IMG/VR virus record: IMGVR_UViG_3300029887_000004
DNA length: 64,000 bases
From: a virus
Lineage: Duplodnaviria > Heunggongvirae > Uroviricota > Caudoviricetes
Strand: one strand, 5' to 3'
Below are positions 1-10,953 of the stretch, piece after piece (within the stretch, counting starts at the first letter, position 1; the number at the start of each line of letters is the position of its first letter). The position numbers and the translations under genes are program-made. The notes below the pieces were generated by a model that saw only the letters and a program-made list of their open reading frames with translations, had not been told where the DNA came from and made no database searches.

Positions 1-2585
1 TTACCGAATTCTGAAAAGAAATTTAATTTAATAAGAATTTCTAATTGTTTCGAATTAACAGATGTGTTTTTAATATCAATCAACAAATCAATAAAAGTTT
101 CATATTGATTATCTTTTAATAAATATAAATCATCTCCGACATTATCTCCGATATATTTAATTGAAGACATTCCTTTATAAATCGTATTCTCTTTTTTATT
201 ATAAGAATATTTAGATGTCGAATGTCTAAATTTAATATCGCTCAATTTAATGCCAAAATATTCAAGTTCTTTTTTTAATTTATTAGTTCTAACCTGATCA
301 TCTGCATAATTATTGAAACATACACTATAATATTCCAATGGATAATTTACTTTCAAATATGCTCCATAACACATGTCAAGAGACACCGCTGCGGCATGAG
401 CACTACAAAATCCATACGCCATGCAGCTTTGAATCATTCCCCATGTCTCATCAAACATATCCTCGGCGCCAGTATTAATAATCCATTGTTTCTTCAGACG
501 TTCTTCTAAGTTGGCAAAATCCTGTGGTTTGATTTTTTTCTTTGAAATTTTCTTAATTAAACCAATGGATTCCGCCGGTGTAACCCCAAGCCAATTAAAA
601 TATTGCATTAAAGACTCTTGAAACAGAATATATCCATGTGTATCTTTCAAAACCTGATCAAGTTGTCGTGATCCAGTAGAATATTTCTCTCTATTTAAGA
701 ATGATTCTCTCCATGAATCAAAAGATGGACGGATGGCAGCTGCGATATGTGCGCCATCTTCAAAAGATGAAATTTTATATCTTTTCGCCTGTTGTGATCC
801 ATTATCACTATCGACTTGATTTAATGTACAAGTAATACCATTTTTAAATAAATCCCATATTTTTTGATCGTTTTTGATTTCATTCAAAAGTTGATTGGCA
901 GGAATAATTGGCTTCCCAATTTCTTTAAATGTTTCATCAATTAACTTCCATACTTTAACGATCAGATAATCGTTCTTTAATACTTTATATTCATCGGCTT
1001 CTGATGACGTAATAAGAACACAAAGATTTTCGCCCAAACGAGTAACGCCATATTCATATAATAAATTTTTATCACTAAGAATATGAGCACAGGGATGCAC
1101 TGAGCCAGACACAATGGTTCCAACATATTTATTCGCTTCTTCGATGATCGGTTTCCATTTTTCATCGTTTTCATATGATTCCAGGTTCTTGGCAACATCA
1201 TTAAATTCATCAAAATCCATACCTTTGGAACGACATACATTTCTAAATGCTTCAGACATTTGCATCGTTCCTGGTGCATACATAGGATAACAACCGTGTT
1301 CGCCTAATAATTCTCTCGACGCCTTAACAAACGGTTCCTGCTCTTTAACATTGAAGTCAATATCTGGTAAACTACGGTTTTCAAGTAATCTTGCCGTAGA
1401 AGCAAATCTATCAGGGAACAAAGGAAGATTAATCTTAAATCTATCTAACTGAGTCATGCCTAAAATTCTGTTAATATAGAAAGATCCGCAACTTCCTCTT
1501 CCGCCTCTTGTTAATACACCACCATATTTATTTACCGCTAAATCGACATTTTTTTCATTAAAAAGAAAATAGTCTGCAGTATGTACTTCATCATTAGTAT
1601 CTTCAATGATTTTCATTTCATATCTAATACCTTTTTTATATACTTTGTAATCTTCATCTGAAATATGTTCTTCTTTTCTGATTACTTTAAAGCGTTTATT
1701 TACCTCTGATTTTAGCAAATTTACACGTTGTTTTGGTGTGAGATCGGGATAAATAGTTGGCATCTTAATAGAATAATCAAGCTGTATTTCTTCGCAATTA
1801 TCAAAAATTAATGTATTATTAATAGCTGAATCGATTTGTTGTTCCGATAAAACACCTTGTTTTTTAAAGCGATGTATCATTGTCTCCGCAGTAGGATAAT
1901 CTAATATAAAATCATCTTCGCTGCCATAATTAATATGTTTTCCTTTTAATAACTCTAATCTTTCTTGCTTTCCTCCCTCGTCAATATAATGTGAATCATT
2001 AGCCGCAATTAAAGATAGCCCGTATTCATCGGAATAATATATAGCTTTTTTATTGATCTCAACTTGAATGGGATCAAGATGATCTTGAACCTCCAATAAT
2101 ACGTTATTCCCAAAATGCTCAAATAACGGCATAAAAATTTTATTAATCGAATCATCATCCCTCAACAAACCAGCGACACAGGCTGTGGTAATATAAACAT
2201 CATCTTTGTCTAGGGTCAATAAATCCTTCATAAAGAATCTCGGTTTATAATAAAATCCATTGATATTTGCCATGCTAGAAACATAGTTCATCTTTTTACG
2301 AGCAAGATCTGTTTTAGGAATAACAATTATATGATAGTTCCGTTTATCTTTTTCTGAAGCATCTGGAACAATATATCCTTCAATTCCTGCAATACATCGG
2401 ATTCCGTATTTATTACATAAAGTTCTTGCTTCAAATATATCTCCAAAACTACCATGATTCGTTGTGAAATAATTCATATGCCCGTATTCAATCGCCTTTT
2501 TTATATATTCTTCCTGTTTAGTGTTTGTGTCCGGCGAAAAAATATTGGAAATATGATCATGTTTATGATAATTATTATATCTCAA
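1..2585 (-). CDS. dnaE: DNA polymerase III alpha subunit (DnaE-type); N-terminal ~860 codons, C-terminus lies beyond the window start
   Basis: The minus-strand frame is open from 2621 to position 1, which is why the ORF track shows no stop here. The N-terminus reads MRYNNYHKHDHISNIFSPDTNTKQEEYIKKAIEYGHMNYFTTNHGSFGD, a PHP-domain signature (HxHxH, TNHG). The TTG start at 2585 has RBS GGAAGAGGAAA and overlaps the upstream stop as TTGA. The track's ATG at 2477 would remove the PHP motif. Confidence 0.8.
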   Translation of the reverse strand, partial: MRYNNYHKHDHISNIFSPDTNTKQEEYIKKAIEYGHMNYFTTNHGSFGDIFEARTLCNKYGIRCIAGIEGYIVPDASEKDKRNYHIIVIPKTDLARKKMNYVSSMANINGFYYKPRFFMKDLLTLDKDDVYITTACVAGLLRDDDSINKIFMPLFEHFGNNVLLEVQDHLDPIQVEINKKAIYYSDEYGLSLIAANDSHYIDEGGKQERLELLKGKHINYGSEDDFILDYPTAETMIHRFKKQGVLSEQQIDSAINNTLIFDNCEEIQLDYSIKMPTIYPDLTPKQRVNLLKSEVNKRFKVIRKEEHISDEDYKVYKKGIRYEMKIIEDTNDEVHTADYFLFNEKNVDLAVNKYGGVLTRGGRGSCGSFYINRILGMTQLDRFKINLPLFPDRFASTARLLENRSLPDIDFNVKEQEPFVKASRELLGEHGCYPMYAPGTMQMSEAFRNVCRSKGMDFDEFNDVAKNLESYENDEKWKPIIEEANKYVGTIVSGSVHPCAHILSDKNLLYEYGVTRLGENLCVLITSSEADEYKVLKNDYLIVKVWKLIDETFKEIGKPIIPANQLLNEIKNDQKIWDLFKNGITCTLNQVDSDNGSQQAKRYKISSFEDGAHIAAAIRPSFDSWRESFLNREKYSTGSRQLDQVLKDTHGYILFQESLMQYFNWLGVTPAESIGLIKKISKKKIKPQDFANLEERLKKQWIINTGAEDMFDETWGMIQSCMAYGFCSAHAAAVSLDMCYGAYLKVNYPLEYYSVCFNNYADDQVRTNKLKKELEYFGIKLSDIKFRHSTSKYSYNKKENTIYKGMSSIKYIGDNVGDDLYLLKDNQYETFIDLLIDIKNTSVNSKQLEILIKLNFFSEFG

Positions 2586-3853
2586 GATATTTCCTCTTCC
2601 TGAATCATTTGTAATAATTCATCTTCTTTAATTTCTGATAAATCATATTTGTCAATTATCTTCTTAGTTTTTACATAGGGAATTTGATGGCTACGACAAT
2701 AATTATTTAAACCAATTTTATTGCCATCATTTAAAACGATGTACACATACCGAACAGGTGGTGTAACATTAGAGTTGTTTATTATCTTTTTTTGGATAAT
2801 ATCAAAATTTTCAGGGAAAATATTCAAAATCATTTTATCGATTTTTCTACTTGATGGTGCGTCAAAAGTTAGATATCTTTCATCTTTTTGTCGCCAACAT
2901 ATTAGATTTAATCGTTCTTTGCATAATCGAATATATAAATCAATTTCTTCTTGAGAATATTCTGCTAAACATAAATACCAAGTATTTCCTCTGCTTCCAT
3001 CGTCAAGAACATGTAAACATAATCCAAGTTCATTGAGTTTTTGAATTTTTTGAATGCGTGGCATATCCCGAATTTCTTTTAATTGATTAATAATTCTTGT
3101 TTCAAATCTATAATATGGTTTGCATAGATATTGTTTATTCGTTCCAAAACTTGTATAAGTTGCTTCATAATATTTTGGTGGCGCACTACATAAATCCTTT
3201 AATTTATCATACTTCCAAAACACATAGTCCGTTTCGTCGATAGCATGACTTTCAATGTAAAGAGGTTGATCCTCCCTCTTATCTATATGTCCATCTCCTA
3301 ATGTTCCAAATAGAATTATTTGATATTGTAAGTCTGATAATTGCTTATACTCTTTAAAACTCCATTTATTCAATCTATGTATTTGAGAGCACCATTTTTG
3401 AATTACTCTTAACGATGCTCCACATTCATTCGCCATTTCCTGATGTGTCATACCTTGTACTATGTATCTTTGATAGCACCAATCATAATCCTGATAAACT
3501 GCTTTAAATTTCACATTATTACTTCGCATGTATTTATCGCCAAGTTTTAAACTACAGCTTTTAGCTCTTACGGATTTTACCGACAATCCCATCTCCTTAC
3601 CAATGTCGCACATGGACAATCCAATAGCATATAGAGATTTTAATTGTTCTTCTTCTTCCTTCGTCCATTTATGTCGTTTCTGATGAGTTGATTGTTCTTT
3701 ATCCAATAAATATCCATGTCGAATAAGCTGATTATAATGTTTGTTACATAATTCTTTAAGATAAAATTCGCCTTGTCGTTGCCAAATATAATATGCAATA
3801 CTTTCCGTGTCTCCACACACAGAACAACGTTTTTGTTTACTGGACTTACTCAT
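2582..3853 (-). CDS. freestanding homing endonuclease (LAGLIDADG-like motifs LFGTLGDGHIDKRE / LHVLDDGSRG) with N-terminal CxxC zinc finger and sigma-region-4-like HTH
   Basis: 423-aa ORF lying between dnaE and recJ. It has a CSVCGDTE zinc knuckle, an HTH (LKSLYAIGLSMCDIGKEMGLSVKSVR) and two LAGLIDADG-like motifs. Confidence 0.5.
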   Translation of the reverse strand: MSKSSKQKRCSVCGDTESIAYYIWQRQGEFYLKELCNKHYNQLIRHGYLLDKEQSTHQKRHKWTKEEEEQLKSLYAIGLSMCDIGKEMGLSVKSVRAKSCSLKLGDKYMRSNNVKFKAVYQDYDWCYQRYIVQGMTHQEMANECGASLRVIQKWCSQIHRLNKWSFKEYKQLSDLQYQIILFGTLGDGHIDKREDQPLYIESHAIDETDYVFWKYDKLKDLCSAPPKYYEATYTSFGTNKQYLCKPYYRFETRIINQLKEIRDMPRIQKIQKLNELGLCLHVLDDGSRGNTWYLCLAEYSQEEIDLYIRLCKERLNLICWRQKDERYLTFDAPSSRKIDKMILNIFPENFDIIQKKIINNSNVTPPVRYVYIVLNDGNKIGLNNYCRSHQIPYVKTKKIIDKYDLSEIKEDELLQMIQEEEIS

Positions 3854-5462
3854 CGGAATTCACCTCCGAAAGTACATCGCATACTGCTTTTAGTACAAAT
3901 TTTCTACCTAAAAATCCACTATCTAGACTACATACGGCTTCGAATTCATCATTCATAGTGCTATGATCCTCCATATCATCAAATGAACCGTCGAAGTTCC
4001 ATTTGATAATTTGCAAGTAATCATTCGGTTTTAGAACTAAATGTTTATAATCACTCATCTGACCAATTTCGTAATCACAAATATTATCCATATAAGCTCT
4101 TACTGGTTTAAAATTTGTGCCAGAAATACGATCAATCTTTTTGATATTCTCTACTAATCGTCTGGTAATATCTTCGACATCAATTTGAATATCAATGTCA
4201 ATTGTTGGTTCTTTAAACTCTGGAAGGTTTGTCTCAATATAAGACAAGAAATTGTTAAGATCTGATTTTTTGATTTGAATACCTGATGCAAGTTCATGTC
4301 CATCTGCTTTTGCATAACCACTATCATTGCAGATTTTTCGGAAATCATCAACACCTACGGCTCTCATAGAACCTGCATATTTTGATCCGATATCTTTCAA
4401 CACTAAGATCGGCTTTTGATACTTTTCTAGTAGCTTATTTCCTAATAAACCAGCAATACCATATTGTGTATCAATATATACAGCGATTACCTTTTGATCC
4501 TTTTGTTTCTCACATTGTTCATAAACATTCGGCAGTAAACGCTCCACTTCTTGATTTTGTTCTTCCTTACATTTCTTTAATGCTTTTACATAGGCAAGCA
4601 CTTGTTTGTTATTATCTTCTAGAAATGCATTCATAGCAGTTTCATTTTCACCCATACGGTTCGCTGCATTTACAATTGGAGCAATACTAAACGCAATTGC
4701 CGTACTGTTGAATTCAAATCCGCCGACAATCTTCTTAACTGCTGGATTATAAATCTTCTCAAGCCCTTTCGATACGATATAACGGTTTTCCATAACTGTC
4801 ATATCCATCATATCTCCAACTAGACCACATGCCGCAAGATCTACTAATTCATCTGCATAATCTGTAAGAAATTGTTCATCCAAATATTTACAGAATTTCC
4901 ATACCACCCCTGCTCCAGATAATTGCGAATTATCATAATCTCTTTGCGAAGAAATAAGAATTGTATATGTATCATATGGAATTTCCCGTTTAATTGCATG
5001 ATGGTCTAAAATAAGTACATCAATTCCTGCTTCTGACAATTCTTTATACTGAATTTCGTCTTCGTCTAAACTATCTACAACAATCAATAAATCTAAAGAT
5101 GCAAACTGCTGTAAATTTTGTCCTTTTAGTCCATGCTGCTTACCATCATCAATATATGTAAAAATGTCGTCGGTGAAATGTCTCAAATATCGCGTCATAA
5201 TCGTTCCTGCAGTGATTCCATCCGTATCTGTATCAAACAAAATACCAATGTTTTCGTTTTCTTCAATTGCCCGATTAATACGCATATATGCTTCATCAAT
5301 CCTATATAAAGAATCCAGTGGAAGCAAATCTTCTTCTGTCGGATTTAGAAAATGTTTCGCATCTTGAATTCCTCTTTGTTTAAGAATCGTATCAAATACT
5401 TCATCCTCATACATTCCTCTACAATCGTTTAAAATATTATAATTCTTCTTCGTCCTTATCAT
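3846..5462 (-). CDS. recJ: RecJ-like single-strand DNA exonuclease (DHH/DHHA1 phosphoesterase)
   Basis: Motifs LFDTDTDGITAG, ILDHHA (DHH) and a GSMRAVG region (DHHA1). Length 538 aa. Confidence 0.75.
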   Translation of the reverse strand: MIRTKKNYNILNDCRGMYEDEVFDTILKQRGIQDAKHFLNPTEEDLLPLDSLYRIDEAYMRINRAIEENENIGILFDTDTDGITAGTIMTRYLRHFTDDIFTYIDDGKQHGLKGQNLQQFASLDLLIVVDSLDEDEIQYKELSEAGIDVLILDHHAIKREIPYDTYTILISSQRDYDNSQLSGAGVVWKFCKYLDEQFLTDYADELVDLAACGLVGDMMDMTVMENRYIVSKGLEKIYNPAVKKIVGGFEFNSTAIAFSIAPIVNAANRMGENETAMNAFLEDNNKQVLAYVKALKKCKEEQNQEVERLLPNVYEQCEKQKDQKVIAVYIDTQYGIAGLLGNKLLEKYQKPILVLKDIGSKYAGSMRAVGVDDFRKICNDSGYAKADGHELASGIQIKKSDLNNFLSYIETNLPEFKEPTIDIDIQIDVEDITRRLVENIKKIDRISGTNFKPVRAYMDNICDYEIGQMSDYKHLVLKPNDYLQIIKWNFDGSFDDMEDHSTMNDEFEAVCSLDSGFLGRKFVLKAVCDVLSEVNSDE

Positions 5463-6465
5463 CTCCTAATATTAAAATTTCGTTGTTTATGATATACTCA
5501 AATTTTTCTTTACCCATATCGGTTGCAGAAACCTTTGGAGCATAATATGATTTTGTCCAGTCCCAATATCCAATTTCAAATTCTGCAAACTTAGAATAAT
5601 GACGTAAAACTTCTACGTTTCTCTTTATATTGTCTAATTCATATCCTTGGTCATGAAGAAAAATCACCTTTGTTGGATGTAATTCCACAAGCAACCGTGC
5701 TTGCTGTACACTTAAACTTCCACTCATAAGCGCAACAGCGTTTCTATATCCGTATGAATAACATTGCATGACAAATTTTTCTGCTTCTCCTACAAAAACA
5801 GTATTTTCAACAAGATATTGATAATTTTGAGCATAACCAAATAATGTAGTGCTGCAACGCCCAGGATAAGAATAAAAATATTTCAGCGCACCATCTGAAA
5901 TCTCATAATTAAAACGTTCCTTAACCCCAATAAGCTGTCCATATTCATTTCTGATGGGAATAACAATTCCTTGTGATTCGACGTCATATCTTATTCCAAA
6001 ATACTGCTGTGCATCTAATGATATATGATCTTTCAAAAATCGAATATTGGGATAGAATTGAAATTCATCTAATATTTTTTCGTCATATATTTTCGATTGA
6101 ATAGTGTTTCTTTGTCTAATCTTTTCATAAAATCCTCCAAAGATTCCTTTTTTCTGAAAGTGTCCAATATAATCTTGTATATGTAACACATTTTTTATTT
6201 CATTTAAGACATCTACAAATTCTACTTTTCTTTGATTGGTGATATATGAAAAGATATCAGTTTGAATATTTCGAGCATAATCATGTACGTACAGCCAATT
6301 ATTATTTTCAAGCTTAATTACAATACTTTTTTTCGAAGATTCTTCATCTCGCCCAAATTGCATGTATGTAGACCGAATGACTATATTACAGTATCCAAAA
6401 TGTTCCAATACCTCTTTTAGTTTTTCTGGATTATTTAATAGCTCTTTTTTAATATCTTCTAACAT
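5437..6465 (-). CDS. DnaG-like DNA primase (TOPRIM domain)
   Basis: VFVGEAEKFV (the TOPRIM ExxD region) followed by KVIFLHDQG. Sits directly upstream of the helicase gene. Confidence 0.65.
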   Translation of the reverse strand: MLEDIKKELLNNPEKLKEVLEHFGYCNIVIRSTYMQFGRDEESSKKSIVIKLENNNWLYVHDYARNIQTDIFSYITNQRKVEFVDVLNEIKNVLHIQDYIGHFQKKGIFGGFYEKIRQRNTIQSKIYDEKILDEFQFYPNIRFLKDHISLDAQQYFGIRYDVESQGIVIPIRNEYGQLIGVKERFNYEISDGALKYFYSYPGRCSTTLFGYAQNYQYLVENTVFVGEAEKFVMQCYSYGYRNAVALMSGSLSVQQARLLVELHPTKVIFLHDQGYELDNIKRNVEVLRHYSKFAEFEIGYWDWTKSYYAPKVSATDMGKEKFEYIINNEILILGDDKDEEEL

Positions 6466-6486
6466 ATATCACCACCAAGTTATTTT

Positions 6487-8046
6487 TTATCTTATTTCTC
6501 CATGTTTTGGACGGCATTGTGCCACTTCTCTGAAGATAGAATGATCGCCTGAAAACTTCAAAAGATACGCAATACCAGTATCACTGGAGTTATTACCATT
6601 CCGAGTTTTTTCTACAAATAACATTCTCCATACTGCATTTGGATCTGCTCTATATTCCTCTTCAATCCATTTATCGTTAATCTTTTTCAGTCTAAATGGA
6701 TGGCAATAATATTTACTTTTTTCATCAAGTTCTTCAGCATAAACAGTTCGCATAAGGAACAAATTCTCAAGAATTTCTTTCGTCTGCTTGGCATTACTAA
6801 GGCAACTGGCATCCAGGAATAATTTTCCTTTCATATATTCTGCCAACTGAACTGATGCCAACATGATTAAATTATATTTTTTTGCCAACTTATCTAACTC
6901 TCTACTGTCTCTAACTAAAGACAAATCTTGTCTGGAGGATGAAAAATCGCTCTCTTGGATTTTAAACGTATCGTATAGAACTGTATCATATCCAAATTTA
7001 AGAACATTCTCGCGTACTTTCTTCTTAACAACAGCCATGTCTGCATCGTTCATAGCAATGAACTTTACGCGACCCTTATAATTCTTTCTCCAGAATGCTT
7101 GCACATCTTTTAATTGCTCACGACTTTCCTTGTTTATATCACCCACAGACATTTTCTTTTTCGTAAGTTTAAAATATCTGTTCCTCTTGCCAAGGAGCCA
7201 AACCATAAATTTGATTTTAAATTTTTTAATATTTTCTTCGTTGGAAATAATAAGAATTTTCCGATCATAATATAGAAGAGCCATAAGAACTGTAATCCAC
7301 CAAGTGGATTTTCCTGCGCTACTGAATCCTCCCATCATTGTGAGAGTTCCTTCTAACAATCCCATTATTTGCCTAGATAAAAAAGGAAAACAATTGATTT
7401 CTTCTCCGTTTTTATCATATCCTGCTATATCAAAAGGTACACCATTTTCTTCACCTTCTGCACATGATTCAATAAATTCGTCATCGAAATCTATTTCTTC
7501 TTCTTCCAGGATCTTGCTCGAATATCCGGTACCATAAGTGCTTATTCTTGCCTCGTACCAATCCGTTACCTCTTCAGCAGTCATCTTTCGAAATAATTTA
7601 AGAGGAATAACTTTCTTATCCTTGATATTAATCTCTTTTAAAAGATTAAATCCATCATCGCACATGCGAAGCATAACATTTTCTCGATACAAGATATCAA
7701 TGTATGTATCAAAATTCTGTGTATTGATAATGTCCATCTGATGCTGAATCGAATCCCATCCACCACAATCCTCATATCGATCAATGACTTCTTGTTTTGA
7801 ATTTGACAGAATAGTTATTTCATCAAGAGAATAGAATCCTTTTTTTCGTAAATCTTTCAGTAGTGAAAAATAAAACCGACCATCAACAGTGATAAAATCG
7901 TCCTTCTCAAATGTCGTGTCATCCAAAAGAAGCATATCCTTAAAGAAACAGCTTACAACATTTCCCTCATATTCAATTCGTCCTTTCAATAGCTGCGCAG
8001 GATACTTTTCTTTGACACCTGTAATAAATTCAGCTATATTACTCAC
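6487..8046 (-). CDS. DnaB-family replicative DNA helicase
   Basis: Walker A GGFSSAGKSTWWITVLMAL and a RecA-like C-terminal domain. 519 aa, adjacent to the primase. Confidence 0.8.
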   Translation of the reverse strand: MSNIAEFITGVKEKYPAQLLKGRIEYEGNVVSCFFKDMLLLDDTTFEKDDFITVDGRFYFSLLKDLRKKGFYSLDEITILSNSKQEVIDRYEDCGGWDSIQHQMDIINTQNFDTYIDILYRENVMLRMCDDGFNLLKEINIKDKKVIPLKLFRKMTAEEVTDWYEARISTYGTGYSSKILEEEEIDFDDEFIESCAEGEENGVPFDIAGYDKNGEEINCFPFLSRQIMGLLEGTLTMMGGFSSAGKSTWWITVLMALLYYDRKILIISNEENIKKFKIKFMVWLLGKRNRYFKLTKKKMSVGDINKESREQLKDVQAFWRKNYKGRVKFIAMNDADMAVVKKKVRENVLKFGYDTVLYDTFKIQESDFSSSRQDLSLVRDSRELDKLAKKYNLIMLASVQLAEYMKGKLFLDASCLSNAKQTKEILENLFLMRTVYAEELDEKSKYYCHPFRLKKINDKWIEEEYRADPNAVWRMLFVEKTRNGNNSSDTGIAYLLKFSGDHSIFREVAQCRPKHGEIR

Positions 8047-8521
8047 CTACCTGTTCTTCAATATCAGATAAACTTCTTTTCTTCTGTCGTCGTTTATAAT
8101 GACCATCCGATATATCAACTTCCACCTGTTTAGGTACTTCTTTTTCTTTTACTTTAAAATCTGCGATACCATTTTTGATCATTGCAGAAAAATATCTGAT
8201 TTTAGCGTATTCACTCGAATAATCTCTTTGCTGAATGACAGATGTCATGTAATCTTTATTCTCTTCTAAATATGCTAAAATCCGATCATAAGAATAAGAT
8301 CCAATTATAAAACTTAACTCTTTGAATAATGCAGTATTAATTACTTTATAACCAAAAATCTCATTAATACACTCGTATGTATCGTCTCTTATTTTTCTGT
8401 CATGCAATACAGTTAGATATTCTGCTTCATTGCAGTAGTAGATGTTTTTACCATCCACTACCACTTTGAAAGCATCTTTTCTATCTACCTTGTTATTGCA
8501 ATATCTGCATTTAACAAGCAT
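8039..8521 (-). CDS. hypothetical Cys-rich protein
   Basis: ORF with RBS AAGGAG 8 nt upstream. Contains a CRYCNN...YYCNEAEY zinc-finger-like region. Confidence 0.5.
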   Translation of the reverse strand: MLVKCRYCNNKVDRKDAFKVVVDGKNIYYCNEAEYLTVLHDRKIRDDTYECINEIFGYKVINTALFKELSFIIGSYSYDRILAYLEENKDYMTSVIQQRDYSSEYAKIRYFSAMIKNGIADFKVKEKEVPKQVEVDISDGHYKRRQKKRSLSDIEEQVGE

Positions 8522-8533
8522 ACATGATACTCC

Positions 8534-9676
8534 TTAGTTCATCATATCGTAAATTCGTTTCAGTCCATCTTCATCTACATCATTAAGTTTGCCATATTCT
8601 GCAATGACTTTTCTGACGCTTGCTTTCTTATCTTTATCAGTACACTCTTTGAACATTGTACGAATTACTGCAGCGAGATCATCCGGATAATCAGAAGTTT
8701 CTGTCGTGGTTTCTTCTTGTGCTACTGTCTCCTCTACTGGAATATCATCAATATCCTCATCTTCTTCAATCGGTTCCAGATCAGGTTCTACTTTTTTCTT
8801 CTCCACAACTGGTTTAGATTTTTTACCAAGAGTAGATTTAGATTTCTCCATACCTTCCTCGACAACTCGAATAAAATCTGCCGCCATATTAGGTTTATCA
8901 AATACCAGATATTCTGGCACAGCGCCATCTGCAAAACGACCACCTGCGTCAATGAGTGTTGTTCCTCTGAAATAAAGTTTGCGAATAGTATCTGTCGCAT
9001 ATTTTTTGGTTTTATCTCCGACTTTTTTCTCCTCAAGATCACGGTCAATGACACCAGTAAGAGTTACATCAAAAATGTCTCCGAATGCTGCTTCATAATC
9101 CGATCCCATATTTGAAGAAAGCTGCATGTAACCATCTTCTTCCAGTCCACCCTTTTCTTTAATTGTTTTGAATTTTGTATGAGCAATAACCCACACGCCA
9201 AACCCAGCATCTTCAAGACGAGTCATATACGGTTTAATGATGTCATTTGCGGAGAATTTTTCACCTGCTGTATATCCTCCAAATGCAGCCTTAATTGATT
9301 TACATTTTTTGGTTGGATTCTCTACATTACTCTGACGAATTGTTTCCGCATCTGCAATTAGAGCAAGTTCATCACCGGTATCAAATGCCACCATTTCGAT
9401 ATCATGCTCTTTACCCTTTTCTTTAATAAGCCAGTCTGCTAACTCCTGAAGATCTTTATATGTCTTGACCTGTGTGGTATTTAAATTGTCAAGCATTTTA
9501 TAACCTTTCTCGTTTCCACATCCGACAAGCAGACCTTTTGCCGGATCTCCATATTTTTCCAGAATTACATCACGGAAAAGTGTCGTCTTACCAAATTTCT
9601 TAGTACTTCTAAGGTAAATAGAAAGATTTTTGATGTCTGGTTTAATTACATTGATTGTTGGTTTCTGAAATGCCAT
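8534..9676 (-). CDS. RecA-fold AAA ATPase (Sak4-like recombination/annealing-associated ATPase)
   Basis: P-loop TKKFGKTTL and an acidic C-terminus. Gene order typical of phage recombination modules. Confidence 0.55.
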   Translation of the reverse strand: MAFQKPTINVIKPDIKNLSIYLRSTKKFGKTTLFRDVILEKYGDPAKGLLVGCGNEKGYKMLDNLNTTQVKTYKDLQELADWLIKEKGKEHDIEMVAFDTGDELALIADAETIRQSNVENPTKKCKSIKAAFGGYTAGEKFSANDIIKPYMTRLEDAGFGVWVIAHTKFKTIKEKGGLEEDGYMQLSSNMGSDYEAAFGDIFDVTLTGVIDRDLEEKKVGDKTKKYATDTIRKLYFRGTTLIDAGGRFADGAVPEYLVFDKPNMAADFIRVVEEGMEKSKSTLGKKSKPVVEKKKVEPDLEPIEEDEDIDDIPVEETVAQEETTTETSDYPDDLAAVIRTMFKECTDKDKKASVRKVIAEYGKLNDVDEDGLKRIYDMMN

Positions 9677-9744
9677 AAATATATATCTCCTTTATATATG
9701 TAGTTTATTATTGAAGAATAAGGAGGACATAGCCCTCTTAATTC

Positions 9745-10953
9745 TTATAGTTCATCATCCTCGTCGAAAAGATCTTCTGTTCCTTCCGGAAGTTCTTGCT
9801 CGATACTATGAATCACCATGTCGTCTGCAGCGTACACCGTGTCCTGGCGGCCTTTCGTGAACCCTCTGGCTGGTTTTACAAACTGATACTCCTTGATTCT
9901 GTCACCATAAACTCCTTTGCTATATTCAGCACGGATATCATCCATAGTGATAAGTCCACAATCAAGGTCATTTTTCTGCTCATCGGTCAGCATATCTTCT
10001 GTAATTTCAATTCTCTGTGCGCCATTCAGCATATTAACGATTACGCCATATTCCTTAAAACCATCATCCTCGACGATAAATTTATGTTTAATTGCTTCGA
10101 TTCTTTTCTTAGCTTTTTCATCTGCATCTTCTGCTGCTACTGGAATTGCGACCGTAACCGGCACTGGAATATTGGCTTTTCTATTGTTGTCATACTCCAT
10201 CATGTAACCATTAACATAATATTTGCCCTTTTCTTCAACGCTCATATCATCAAAGCTTTCGGAATTGAATAGAATATTAAATGTTGCCGTCGAAGATTCT
10301 TCTGCATCTTCTGCTGCTAGATAAATTCTATTTGGCATATAAGATTCATAAACAGTTCCTTTATTGTCGGAATACTGATATTCTCCATTTCCTCGAATAA
10401 AGAATTTTTTATCAGCATATTTTCCACTGTCAATTACTTTCTTAATGAAATCGATATAATCCCATTCAGAAATAAACTCATGACGTTTTTTAATACTCTT
10501 CTCAAGCGCGTCGGATACCTCATCTGGAGATGTCAGTCCAACTTCTTTTAGTTCTTCATCCGTTAGCTCACTACCCTCATGAAGCTTATCTGCCATATTC
10601 TGAAGTTTGTATCTTCGTCCAGGTTTTTCAAGATCAAAGATGAATTTTTTAAATTCAGCAACTTCTGCTAGTTTCGGAGAAGTCAGACGTTCTTTAAACG
10701 GAATCTGAATACTTTCTCCTTTAGTTTTTTTACCATTTTCATCTGTACCACCTTTACTGAAGGTATATACAAATCCGTGTTCATCACCGAAAGCTCCCGC
10801 ATTGACGGTAAGCATATGACGATTGTCCCCGCATGTCGCATTGAAAAGAAGTTGTTTTCTCACCCAACCAGATTCATACTTATTTTCAGAATATGGATGA
10901 AATTTTTCTGTATCTTTTCCAATACTTAGTTTTCCTGTCATTTCAAAATTCAT
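9745..10953 (-). CDS. hypothetical protein with acidic C-terminal tail (possible phage SSB / recombination partner)
   Basis: 402-aa ORF ending ...EDLFDEDDEL, immediately downstream of the Sak4-like ATPase. RBS TAGGAGGA. Confidence 0.45.
   Translation of the reverse strand: MNFEMTGKLSIGKDTEKFHPYSENKYESGWVRKQLLFNATCGDNRHMLTVNAGAFGDEHGFVYTFSKGGTDENGKKTKGESIQIPFKERLTSPKLAEVAEFKKFIFDLEKPGRRYKLQNMADKLHEGSELTDEELKEVGLTSPDEVSDALEKSIKKRHEFISEWDYIDFIKKVIDSGKYADKKFFIRGNGEYQYSDNKGTVYESYMPNRIYLAAEDAEESSTATFNILFNSESFDDMSVEEKGKYYVNGYMMEYDNNRKANIPVPVTVAIPVAAEDADEKAKKRIEAIKHKFIVEDDGFKEYGVIVNMLNGAQRIEITEDMLTDEQKNDLDCGLITMDDIRAEYSKGVYGDRIKEYQFVKPARGFTKGRQDTVYAADDMVIHSIEQELPEGTEDLFDEDDEL

Noticed and set aside
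2721-3036. Plus-strand ORFs inside the homing endonuclease gene, and other short plus-strand ORFs (e.g. 8706..9115, 9796..10272, 17124..19938, 41851..43861, 62513..62833)
   Set aside because: All are antisense to strong minus-strand genes, AT-rich low-complexity translations, with no RBS.
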